Below are positions 11,757 through 23,600 of a stretch of DNA of 64,000 nucleotides, piece by piece; position 1 is the stretch's first letter; each line of letters opens with the position of its first letter. The position numbers and the translations under genes were made by a program. The notes below the pieces were generated by a model. The model had not been told where the DNA came from, searched no databases, and saw nothing but the letters and a program-made list of their open reading frames with translations. The stretch is taken from assembly GCA_051294905.1 (NCBI GenBank), contig CM119371.1, positions 18,602,001 to 18,666,000 of the forward strand, read 5' to 3'. This stretch comes from Botryllus schlosseri (lineage: Eukaryota).

Positions 11757-13600
11757 GAAGTACCAAGACAGAGCTTTTGTGTCTATGCGTGCCCCATAGG
11801 TCAACCGAGTCGGCTCACACTTATATTCCTAGTTTATCCTTGAGAGCTGTATTACTGGTTAGTTGTACTTTTATGGCTGATTGACAACCGTTAGCTGTCG
11901 CTATTGCACCATTTACGTATGTGTAGGAGCAGGCAACTTCTGCAGTCCGCGGGGCGTGTGTAGCATAGTACCTCGGGCGGTGCGAATTGCTGAATCGATA
12001 CATTATTCGACCACCGACCAACACATACGAGGAATAAATCGTATTCAATATATTTTGGCAACAGCAATATCACTACAAAGCCGTATCTCCCCGATAATAA
12101 CGAGGACAATGTGGATTTTATAACAGTATTTTTATACAGGCACCGCCATGCCTGCTTCTCTCTAATCAATTAACGCGCGGTACAATACTTAAATAAGGTT
12201 TCATAGTGGTCTATAAGCCCGATACCCTAAATTGACAGAGATATCAATTCATTAAGTTGTTTTCTAACGACGCTACAGACAAGTACCAGTAAAGACAAAC
12301 CAAATTGTCACGCTATTGCGTCAATTCACCGACGACTCAGTATGAGAAATTCACTCTGTTTTACAACGGAACTCTGTTTTACAACGGGCTCTCATCGCTT
12401 GTCGTACGAGTACTTGTAATTTCGGTGTGACGTGCGCAAATCAGCTGTGATCATTCGAGTGTGACACGATCGCCCATCAGCTATTTGAGAAAACTCGTAT
12501 ATTCAGTAAGGTTGACGGCAATGCGTTATATTTGATGACCCTGTTGATACTAATGGGGGGTTGCCGTACGTCCTCCTTCCCCAGGAAAATGTCCTCGCAC
12601 AAATGTACTCCTTTTTGTGAATTTATCTCCCGATTCAGCTTAAAATACCCAAACAGACCATGAATAACGCGAAATGATGACCTACGAGAGACAGGTTTCG
12701 CCTGAAGCGGTTGAGGAGTAAGTTAAAAACGACTTGGGTATATAGCACGAGTACTCGAATCAGTAGCGTGACACCATTACTCACCCAAGCCCACACAAAC
12801 CGAAGAAATGATATACTGATGTGGAAATAACCCACAATATTTTCCGCCGATACGTGTTAGTACAACTCTACAGTCGAGTCCATCTAGCTGCGGCTTGCAA
12901 TTTGAAAGAGTTTGAAAAAGCAGGGTGGTACCAAAACGTGATATTGTTTCAGTGTGGACAGGCGCCAACATGCTATTTTGTTATTCTCTCCCCGTGGCAT
13001 GAAAGCAGGCGTTGGGGTGTCCCCGCAAGTCCACTGCGAGCGTAAGTCAATCTCACTGTTTGGACTGCTAATGCCGTCGCAATAATGATCACTCGCTCAT
13101 GCTTAGAAAGCAGAAATTGACGCCTCGATTATTTTTACGACCTCGTGGCTTTAGTAGGCTTACTAAAGCGGAAAAGACACCGTCACATGGGACATTAAAT
13201 GAGTTGATACTTGTTCTCTAGTTAGCGTTGATATTCGTTGGTACATGTGTTCATGCTTTTAAAATTTATGCTGGTTTTTGGGGTGCTCACCAATACAGTG
13301 TTGAACGTGATCTATAAGGACCCCGCTGCGTGCTATACGTCTAAATAAATATGTTTACTCGAGTTTACACCCTGCGTGGAGCAGTGAAGCGGGTGCAAAA
13401 TCGCTATATGCTCACCCACTATCATGGTCGTTTCTAATACTCGGCTAGGACGAGTCGTGTCTATTGTAATACCGTCTCTTTTATCTCCGTAATACCCACT
13501 AAATGATTATAATACCAAGAAGCCTCGGACAAACAACACAGAATTACACAGACGCGAAAAAAAACATTTATTGACACACTCATATCGAAATACGATCGGC

Positions 13601-13750
13601 TCACACAAAGTGAGTAGTCTCGTGTCTGTGAAGATTTGCTTGTGAACCAAAAGCTTTACCGCAAACACCGCATGGATGTTTTCTCAGTCCCACGTGAGCC
13701 TGGAGGTGAGTTTGTAACCCGCATTGATCAGGAAACAGTCTCCCACACAC
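13601..13750 (-). CDS. Terminal exon of a C2H2 zinc-finger gene (not in the ORF track)
   Basis: After acceptor-like gtgatAG: VCGRLFPDQCGLQTHLQAHVGLRKHPCGVCGKAFGSQANLHRHETTHFV*. AATAAA about 30 nt downstream (13572-13567). The last finger is mirrored at 14166-14237 (+). Confidence 0.75.
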   Translation of the reverse strand: MCGRLFPDQCGLQTHLQAHVGLRKHPCGVCGKAFGSQANLHRHETTHFV

Positions 13751-14087
13751 CTATCACGACGTCATTTTAGATTTTTATTTAATTGGCAATATATAAGTGT
13801 CACATATATCTTTTCAGGTTGCAAAGTAAGAATTTCCTCTTGGATTGCTCCGAAAGCCCGAAACTATTCATCAAACTTCACTATCCCATCAATTGCAAGC
13901 GCTACCATGCAGCGGAAAATTCACAATTTCGCCACATTTCCACATCATGATGACAAAACCTGACCCTTAGACGATTTGTGACTGATATTTGTGAGGCAGT
14001 CTGAAACACAACGACTCATATAGCGCAGATGGACAAATCCTAATCGAGTACATCGGATAGAGTTGCATCCTTGAAATCGTTATTTCC

Positions 14088-14164
14088 TAGGGATGGTGTG
14101 AACCTCTGAAAGGTTCGGGTTCGTGTGAACGCGAACCTTTTTGAAAGGTTCTGTGTGAATGTGA
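14088..14164 (+). mobile_element. Solo terminus of a hAT-type MITE at the palindrome fold junction
   Basis: TAGGGATGGTGTGAACCTCTGAAAGGTTC...GGTTCTGTGTGAA is nearly identical to the start of the complete MITE at 18946. Confidence 0.85.
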
Positions 14165-14500
14165 ATGCGGTGTTTGCGGTAAAGCTTTTGGTTCACAAGC
14201 AAATCTTCACAGACACGAGACTACTCACTTTGTGTGAGCCGATCGTATTTCGATATGAGTGTGTCAATAAATGTTTTTTTTTCGCGTCTGTGTAATTCTG
14301 TGTTGTTTGTCCGAGGCTTCTTGGTATTATAATCATTTAGTGGGTATTACGGAGATAAAAGAGACGGTATTACAATAGACACGACTCGTCCTAGTCGAGT
14401 ATTAGAAACGACCATGAAAGTGGGTGAGCATATAGCGATTTTGCACCCGCTTCACTGCTCCACGCAGGGTGTAAACTCGAGTAAACATATTTATTTAGAC

Positions 14501-15719
14501 CAGGGGTTCTCAAAGGGTGGGCCATGGCCCACTGGTGGGCCACAGAGCATTTTGAGGTGGGCCACAGAGCTATTTAGAAAATTTCAGAATTAATGTAAGT
14601 TTAGTTATATTTCTTACGTTATTCACTTAAAAATATAGATACGTAATCGAATTATACGTAGGCTACATAAAGCTTTTCATCCGACTCTGATTAGGCGTAG
14701 TGGCACGTATGAAGTCAGCATGTACAAATCGAAAACGTTAGGGAGAAACGGTGGCTTTTTCTACTGGCTATGACAAACTACGGCTAACAGTAACTAAAAT
14801 AATTTCAAGCGTATAATAACTGGAAGATGATGCTGAAGTAACCAAGTATTCCGGCACGGTCATTTGTCGTATGCCGTTGAAAAGGGTGTGCAATGGACTC
14901 GCATTGAAGTGCAATTGATGTACAGATTTACTGTACTTCGGCAGGCCGTATTATTGCAAGCTAAAATGAGTCATAATAGCAAATTATTTGCAACTTCTGC
15001 CGGATGTATACTGCACCAACGCAACGAATCTTAATGGATTGAGAATTTATCGGAGCGCAAAAATCTTTGAAGTCGGTTTAAAATGTCCGGCCTGGAAATC
15101 ATTGTATACATAATGGAAGAGTCACAGGAATTGATTGTATCATTGGATTGAATATTCTGACATCGCAACTTCACTTGTTTTGGCACAAGACATACAAAGT
15201 ACATCATGCATATTGAAAAATCATTCTCCGATTCTCTGTGGTACCATATTCACCAATGAATTGTCCGATGCAGGCCCATAATGATTATAGTATTCCCCAC
15301 AATAGTAGCCTATCACTTAAGTCCCAATCACACAGTGCGGGGAAGTGATCATTGTGTTTCGCGACGTGAATGGAGCAGCGGACGAAAATAATCTACTTAG
15401 GAGTTTTAGCTTATGATATACTATAGGGCTGTAACTGCCGCACCCTCACCCCCAATTGGGGGAGCTCGAAGGAGCCCAAGATTATTTCGTTGGTCGTTTG
15501 TTGGAGGATGTTTACTCTAGTTGAAATTTATTTCGCGCTTGGCGCGATTTCATATCCCGGGAGATCGAGTTCTAAATATCATCAGTTAGAGAAAAATGCG
15601 CCTATTTTAGAGAAATAGGCATATCGGCGCTGTCCATGACGACGCATTAAACAGGTGGGCCACAGCACATTTTTGAACCGGAAAATGGGCCATGGCCAAG
15701 AAAGGGCTGAGAACCCCTG
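14501..15719. mobile_element. hAT-type MITE in the right arm only
   Basis: TIR CAGGGGTTCTCA/TGAGAACCCCTG; 8-bp TSD ATTTAGAC (14493-14500, 15720-15727); empty site in the left arm near 13339-13346. Confidence 0.93.
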
Positions 15720-18700
15720 ATTTAGACGTATAGCACGCAGCGGGGTCCTTATAGATCACGTTCAACACTGTATTGGTGAGCACCCCAAAAACCAGCATAA
15801 ATTTTAAAAGCATGAACACATGTACCAACGAATATCAACGCTAACTAGAGAACAAGTATCAACTCATTTAATGTCCCATGTGACGGTGTCTTTTCCGCTT
15901 TAGTAAGCCTACTAAAGCCACGAGGTCGTAAAAATAATCGAGGCGTCAATTTCTGCTTTCTAAGCATGAGCGAGTGATCATTATTGCGACGGCATTAGCA
16001 GTCCAAACAGTGAGATTGACTTACGCTCGCAGTGGACTTGCGGGGACACCCCAACGCCTGCTTTCATGCCACGGGGAGAGAATAACAAAATAGCATGTTG
16101 GCGCCTGTCCACACTGAAACAATATCACGTTTTGGTACCACCCTGCTTTTTCAAACTCTTTCAAATTGCAAGCCGCAGCTAGATGGACTCGACTGTAGAG
16201 TTGTACTAACACGTATCGGCGGAAAATATTGTGGGTTATTTCCACATCAGTATATCATTTCTTCGGTTTGTGTGGGCTTGGGTGAGTAATGGTGTCACGC
16301 TACTGATTCGAGTACTCGTGCTATATACCCAAGTCGTTTTTAACTTACTCCTCAACCGCTTCAGGTGAAACCTGTCTCTCGTAGGTCATCATTTCGCGTT
16401 ATTCATGGTCTGTTTGGGTATTTTAAGCTGAATCGGGAGATAAATTCACAAAAAGGAGTACATTTGTGCGAGGACATTTTCCTGGGGAAGGAGGACGTAC
16501 GGCAACCCCCCATTAGTACCAACAGGGTCATCAAATATAACGCATTGCCGTCAACCTTACTGAATATACGAGTTTTCTCAAATAGCTGATGGGCGATCGT
16601 GTCACACTCGAATGATCACAGCTGATTTGCGCACGTCACACCGAAATTACAAGTACTCGTACGACAAGCGATGAGAGCCCGTTGTAAAACAGAGTTCCGT
16701 TGTAAAACAGAGTGAATTTCTCATACTGAGTCGTCGGTGAATTGACGCAATAGCGTGACAATTTGGTTTGTCTTTACTGGTACTTGTCTGTAGCGTCGTT
16801 AGAAAACAACTTAATGAATTGATATCTCTGTCAATTTAGGGTATCGGGCTTATAGACCACTATGAAACCTTATTTAAGTATTGTACCGCGCGTTAATTGA
16901 TTAGAGAGAAGCAGGCATGGCGGTGCCTGTATAAAAATACTGTTATAAAATCCACATTGTCCTCGTTATTATCGGGGAGATACGGCTTTGTAGTGATATT
17001 GCTGTTGCCAAAATATATTGAATACGATTTATTCCTCGTATGTGTTGGTCGGTGGTCGAATAATGTATCGATTCAGCAATTCGCACCGCCCGAGGTACTA
17101 TGCTACACACGCCCCGCGGACTGCAGAAGTTGCCTGCTCCTACACATACGTAAATGGTGCAATAGCGACAGCTAACGGTTGTCAATCAGCCATAAAAGTA
17201 CAACTAACCAGTAATACAGCTCTCAAGGATAAACTAGGAATATAAGTGTGAGCCGACTCGGTTGACCTATGGGGCACGCATAGACACAAAAGCTCTGTCT
17301 TGGTACTTCATGTTTATGAAAGAGCTTGGCATTAGGTCAATGGAGAGATACTCTGATCCACCCGGACAGAAACGCGTGTATATCGCTTCCGGTTCACACC
17401 GCAGTGAATTGTACAGACTCGCCACGTTCGCCAAATTCTCTAAAGTATCATACGCGACACGCACCGATTTAGCATCTGAAGGATACTACTGGCTAGGATT
17501 TGAAGACAAAATCAAATGCTTTGGATGCAGTGTATACCTCGAAAGATGGACCGGGTCGAGTGCACGGCGTCATGACGCGAATTGTGTACGAGACGCGTTG
17601 AACATGGGCAATTCCATACACAGACAAACGATGTTCACATCACCACCTCTTCAAATCTCCTGAAATTTGGTACACGCAGAGATGAGCTTATTCCTAACAG
17701 GATGAACTTTATTTTATGAAAATTGGACTTTGGGGTCAAAAGTTACGTCACTTTGAAAATTGACAATTTTCTGCTCATTTCGGATCTGCACATCTCAGGT
17801 TTTATCAGTGAAATATTCAAGAAGGTGTAGCTAGATGTTGAACGAGAGTTGAGATACGGCACTTGGATTTATCTGAAGCTTGTCTGATCGTCTATATTTC
17901 CAAGTGAAATTTAATACCCTGGAGGTTAGGGTCAAAGGTTAAATTGAGGGGGAAATCTAAATGCAGTCAGGCGTTACACGATTTAGACAGCGGATTGCTC
18001 CAAAACATATTAAAATATTTTGGAAAAAACGATCTTAAATGAAAGTTTGCTTCAAAGAGAATTCGTTCATAGCTGTTTGATTTTGGTTTTGAAACTGTGA
18101 AGTGATGAAATTGCAGTTTTAAGAGCACACTTCATTTGTACATGGAAATGCAGTACTAGTAGGGCGTGTTCGGACATCGAGTCTGGGGTGTGTGCGGGTA
18201 ACATGTCTGGGGTGTGTTGGGACTGTGTTGCCATTAGGACATTTAATCTGGGGTGAGTTCGGACTGTTTTGCCCCTCGGACATCGTGTCTGGGGTATGTT
18301 CGGGACATCATGTCTTGGGTGCGTTCGGACAGTTTTGCAACTCGGACATCGTGCCTAGGGTGTGTTCGGAATGTGTTGCCATTTGGAAATCGTGTCTAGG
18401 GCGTGTTCGAACATCATGTCTGCGGTGTTAGGACTGTGTTGCCACTGAGACATCGCGTCTGGAGGGAGTTGTTCGGACATCATGCCTGGGGTGTGTTCGG
18501 ACTGTGTTTTCACTCGGACATCGTGTCTGGAATATGTTCGTGCTGCGCCAGGCATGCCTCAGACCTGACATTTGCGCACTATTTTTATCCTGACATGTTT
18601 CGGAGCTGATAACTGCGCACCAAATACTCCCAGGCATGGTCCGGACCTGATATCTGCGCGCTGAATGGACACAGACATGCTTCAGACGTGATACCCGCGT

Positions 18701-18945
18701 CCTAAATGACGCGTGACCTATATATGACCTCTATGTTTGCGGTTTTTGGTGATAGATATCTGCGATAGCTGAGTATATCCACTGTAGCGATAGCTGAGTA
18801 TATCCACAATTCCACATCCACAGTATTGTTATCTGTGATGGCTGAGCATATCCACAGTAGTGATAGCTGTGGATATACTCAGCTATCACTACTGTGGATA
18901 TACCCAGCTATCGCAGATATAAGCAAAAACCGCAGACATATATAG

Positions 18946-19851
18946 TAGGGATGGTGTGAACCTCTGAAAGGTTCAGGTTCGTGTGAACGCGAACCTTTTT
19001 GAAAGGTTCTGTGTGAACGCGAACGTGAACCTCATGACGTCACGTGACGTCATATTGCTACTTCCAACCCTACATTTCAGTAGTGAAGTGATAGCCTGTA
19101 TTAACGTACAGATTGAGCACGATGCCTAGCGACAACTCGGGCAACATTATGCCACGATGCTGAAGTGTAACATTGACGTTTTAAACGTCTCCAAATGTAT
19201 CAACTGGGGTAATATTATCAGTATCCCATGAAATCAATATCTTCTGTCGCTTTGCCAACAATTTCGACGACTACTTGCAAGGAATATAAGCTTACGTCTT
19301 AACGGTCTATAGCCCAGACCAGACAATGTACTGCTACGTTGATATTGAGCAGAGTGTAAAACGGGGCTCTATATCTGGTACCGATATTACCCCATTAACA
19401 AGTTTTACAGCAGTAGCCAACAACCCAATAGCACGGATTTGGTTTTTATGATACAATAAACATAGGAAGTCAAGATTGACCCCGTCCTCCTGCTAGATTT
19501 TTTACATCGGACTTAACGATATCAATTTGGTTGATTGGTAGAATAAGCAATTGAGCATTATTCGCTGATTACCTACATATGTAATGTATTTCGCTCTTGA
19601 TGTTGTGCGATTGCGGGTGCATGCTCGTTTGGTGTTGATTTTTTTACGCTGCCAGCGCCATGCATATAGTGGCCCGCAGTTGAAATGTCATAAATTTCAA
19701 CCAAAGATGTTATAATGAAGCGAAAATTGTAATATATGAAAAAGGTTCACAGTGTAGAACCTACCAAGGTTCGTTTGTGAACGTGAACCTCTAAATTTCA
19801 GAGGTTCGCACACAGAACGCGAACGTGAACCTCACGTTCACACCATCCCTA
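18946..19851. mobile_element. hAT-type MITE nested in the foldback element
   Basis: TIR TAGGGATGGTGTGAAC; 8-bp TSD ATATATAG (18938-18945, 19852-19859). Confidence 0.92.
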
Positions 19852-19860
19852 ATATATAGG

Positions 19861-20673
19861 CAGGTTTGCCATCGACATGGACCCAAAAATAAGGACAGTC
19901 GAAAAATTAGATTGGCATTTAAAAGCGTTTTCGTGCATAGTGTATTTATACGAGGCGTGGCATATCATTTTTCATACTTTCGCCAGAAACAATCTGCTCC
20001 AGCAACTCCTTGTTATCAGAAAGTGCTTCATTGATCTCACGACCGCTCATGTCTAGGTTTACCTTTACTCAGAGCCAAACAGCACTTCATCACCCCCCCC
20101 CCAAAAAAAAAAAAACATTACGATGGTCTTGGGTCCTCATAAGGTGATAAACTAAACTTATTCACCTCGCTGTGATTGGAGGCGTCAACGAATATGGGAA
20201 AAGGCTGTACACAAAGTTCAGACAAAATCATTTTTGAGTGTATGGAGCAAGACCTCCAATAACAAAGCTTGTAGTCTTGGTCCTGGCCGAAGCAAACTCC
20301 TTGCGATTTTATAATCGGGGAATATTGCGTGTGCAATCGTTGGGGAGGGAAGATTGCTGGTTTTTGTCAGCATGGAATGCCCCAGGTATCCTCAGCAGCA
20401 GCTTACACACTTCTTGTATTTTGGGGTATCAATATAAGTTGAAATAGGGGTCTTTTTCATATCGCTCCTAGGTCAATGTCGCAATTGCAGATATTGCAAC
20501 ACAGATACCAGAGGAAAATGATCGAAGTTCTGAAGTTGTTGAAAATAAGATAAAATAAGGACACAAGTCGAAAACCAGGAGATTTCTTAGAAATAAGGAC
20601 AGTTGAGTTTTCTAAGACGTGGCTCTTCAAAATAAGGACAAATCTTAGAAATAAGGATGGTATGGCAACCCTA
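19861..20673. mobile_element. Second hAT-type MITE nested in the foldback element
   Basis: CAGGTTTGCCAT...ATGGCAACCCTA; AAATAAGGAC subterminal repeats; TSD TATATAGG/CATATAGG (7 of 8 match). Confidence 0.75.
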
Positions 20674-23600
20674 CATATAGGTCATGCGTCGTTTAGGACG
20701 CAGGTATCACGTCTGACGCATGTCTGTCGTCCATTAAGCGCGCAGATATCCGGTCCGGGCCATGCCTGGAGGTATTTAGTGCGCAGATATCAGCACCGAA
20801 GCATATGTCCGGATAAAAATAGTGCGCAGATATCAGGTCTGAGGCATGTCCGGCGCAGCACGAACATATCCCAGACACGAAGTCCGAATGGCAACACAAT
20901 CCGAACACATCCCAGGCATGATGTCTGAACATCCCCCAGACACGATGTCCGAGTCACAATACAATCCGAACACCCCCAGACACGATGTCCGAGTGGCAGC
21001 ACAGTCCTAACACCACAGACATGATGTCCGAACACGCCCTAGACACGATGTCCGAATGGCAACACATTACGAACACAGCCTAGACACGATATCCTAGTTT
21101 CAAAACTGTCCAAATCCACCCCAAACATGATGTCCCAAAGACACCCCAGACACGATGTCCGAGGGGCAAAACAGTCTGAACTCATCCCAGATACGATGTC
21201 CGAATGGCAACACTGTCCGAACACACCCCATACATGTTGCTCGCACACACCCCAGACTCGATGTCCGAACACGTCCTACTAGTACTGCATTTCCATGTAC
21301 AAATGAAGTGTGCTATTAAAACTGCAATTTCATCCCTTCACAGTTTCAAAACCAAAATCAAACAGCTATGAACGAATTCTCCTTGAAGCAAACTTTCATT
21401 TAAGATCGTTTTTTCCAAAATATTTTAATATGTTCTGGAGCAATCCGCTGTCTAAATCGTGTAACGCCTGACTGCATTTAGATTTCCCCCCTCAATTTAA
21501 CCTTTGACCCTAACCTCCAGGGTATTAAATTTCACTTGGAAATATATACGATCAGACAAGTTTAAGATAAATCCAAGTGCCGTATCTCAACTCTCGTTCA
21601 ACATCTAGCTACACCTTCTTGAATATTTCACTGATAAAACCTGAGATGTGCAGATCCGAAATGAGCAGAAAATTGTCAATTTTCAAAGTGACGTAACTTT
21701 TGACCCCTAAGTCCAATTTTCATAAAATAAAGTTCATCCTGTTTGGAATAAGCTCATCACTGCGTGTACCAAATTTCAGGAGATTTGAAGAGGTAGTGAT
21801 GTGAACATCGTTTGTCTGTGTATGGAATTGCCCACATACCTATTGTGAAATCGAATTTCAAAAGTTTATTGAGACAGTGTAAAGCCGTTGGAAACGCCAA
21901 CATCAACTTTGCGAATATCGTTGATCAAGAGCACGAGTATCGGGTTAGGAATCTCGACTTGCGAAAGGAGTCGAAGCGTCGCGAAACCTTTGAGAAATGG
22001 CCCAGCTATCCCATACCGCGGGCGGTCGGCGAGTTGGCAAAACAAGGTTTATTCTACCTCGGTGACCTGGACAGAACGCAGTGCTTCAACTGCTCCGGCG
22101 TTCTCCGCAATTGGAGGCCTACAGACGATGTATCTGAAATACACTTGACGTATCACCCGGGTTGTTGTTTCGCACGTGGCGACGATTCGGGGAATGTGGC
22201 GCTAACCGAGCACGAACGAGACAATTTGGATAAGTTGCTCGGCGACAAAATACGACGTCTCACTTTACATCTGCAAGAACCACGGGAACCCTCCGAGGAC
22301 GAAAAGCGATGTCTTGAGCAACTATTTCCTTGTCTTAACCCCGTGAATCCTCTCATGTCGTCGTTGTCAAAAAGAATCGCAACGTTCGACAAGGGCTGGG
22401 AACCGAATAAAATTAGAGCTAGTGTTGAACAGTTAGCAAAAGCGGGGTTTTACTACATTGATTCGGACAGAACCAAATGTTTTTACTGTGACGGCGGGCT
22501 TCGTTGGGACCGTGAAGACGAGGTTTGGACAGAACATGCAAAATGGTTTCCGCAGTGTGAATACGTACTCCGAACGAAAGGTATCGAGTTTGCGCAACGT
22601 ATCGAAAAGACACACCCGAATCTCAATCGCCCTGTGATTAGAAACCCCATAACCAGGCAAGAGTTGATCAAACGTCAAAAATTGATCTGCGGAAACGTCA
22701 GTCGTGTGATCGGGCTATGAGTTGAATAGTGGCGATAAAACGATTGTAGTGTATCGACACCTATTTACGAGACTTGTGTAACTGTGTCTTTTGTGCTGAT
22801 AAAACTACCGACAAATGAGAATGGATTTCGTGAATTGTAAAATTATTTGATGTAACTGTGTCTTTTGTGCTGATAACAATACCAACAAATTAGAATCAAT
22901 TTCGTGTATATTCATTGTAATATTATTTGAGCAATAAGAAGATGACGGGGCGCAGTGGCTTACTACGCGAGTCAGTCGGTGTGAATAAGCAGGCGCGTGG
23001 CCAGCAACGAAATACAGGCACTATTTCTGAGGTACTCGAGTCAGTTTTGTCTACTATCACAGTTACCAACGTGCTTGCGCTCGACAGTTTTATGGGCACC
23101 TACTCTTTTATAATTAGGATAGAAGGCGATTTCACGATACCGACATTTCTTAAAAACTACTTGAGTACTCCAAAGCTATATTTTGTCTTTCCGTTTTGAA
23201 GTAAATGTAGCATGTGTTGTAAATCGCTCCGGCTATCTCGATAACCTCGCCAGAATGCGTAGTTTCGTCTGGATCTGCAGCTCTCAGCACGTTGTGCATA
23301 CACAGAGAGAGGGACTACAGCGGCGACTTGCTTCAGTCGGGTAACGGGCGATGTCGATTTCACACGCATTCCAAAGTACATCTCGTGAGAATGATATACC
23401 ACCACCCCGGCCATTCTCGGTACGACGTTGGATCATTTGGCTGTACTAAGGTAGGTATACCCCGGCATGGTCGACTGCGCTCGATCTTTTTACATGTAAC
23501 GGTAGATTAAGTCGCTTTTACTATTCACATGTTTACACAGGCCCGCACGTATATCCATGTAATAGACAGCACAATACCATCATAGCGTCATTTTTCCGAT

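Larger units (their letters stand above)
5387..13673 (+). repeat. Left arm of giant inverted repeat (~6518 bp after removing the LINE)
   Basis: Reverse complement of 14165-26143. Mirrored ORFs in the ORF track, e.g. 5843-6154/25376-25687, 9884-10141/23157-23414, 12821-13045/16021-16245. Confidence 0.97.
17606..21833. mobile_element. Foldback-like non-autonomous DNA transposon, Sola2-like (GGG...CCC termini, 4-bp TSD)
   Basis: TSD ACAT (17602-17605, 21834-21837). Inverted arms >1 kb starting GGGCAATTCCATACACAGAC. Internal tandem arrays of gtgttcggacatcgtgtctgggg-like units (18160-18540, 20860-21280). Palindromic core ~18730-18940. Confidence 0.8.
17310..22720 (+). pseudogene. Second (mirror) IAP copy, disrupted between BIR1 and BIR2 by a 4.2-kb insertion
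   Basis: ORFs 17262-17663 and 21812-22720 reproduce the N- and C-terminal parts of the left-arm protein. Insertion at 17606-21833. Confidence 0.93.

Noticed and set aside
5843..13045. Short arm ORFs (5843-6154, 9884-10141, 10099-10371, 12821-13045) as element genes
   Set aside because: No recognisable motifs; their identity between arms only reflects the recent duplication.
17241..17246. Baculovirus late-promoter ATAAG upstream of the IAP
   Set aside because: Too short to be significant in AT-rich DNA and equally explained as a TATA box; no other baculoviral genes are present.
18160..21280. CRISPR-like array or Cys/His-rich ORFs
   Set aside because: These are degenerate tandem minisatellite units without unique spacers, in eukaryotic context with no cas genes; the ORFs are repeat artefacts.
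21812..22720. Independent two-BIR IAP gene
   Set aside because: It is the 3' part of the disrupted copy; the start is a TTG inside the transposon TIR.
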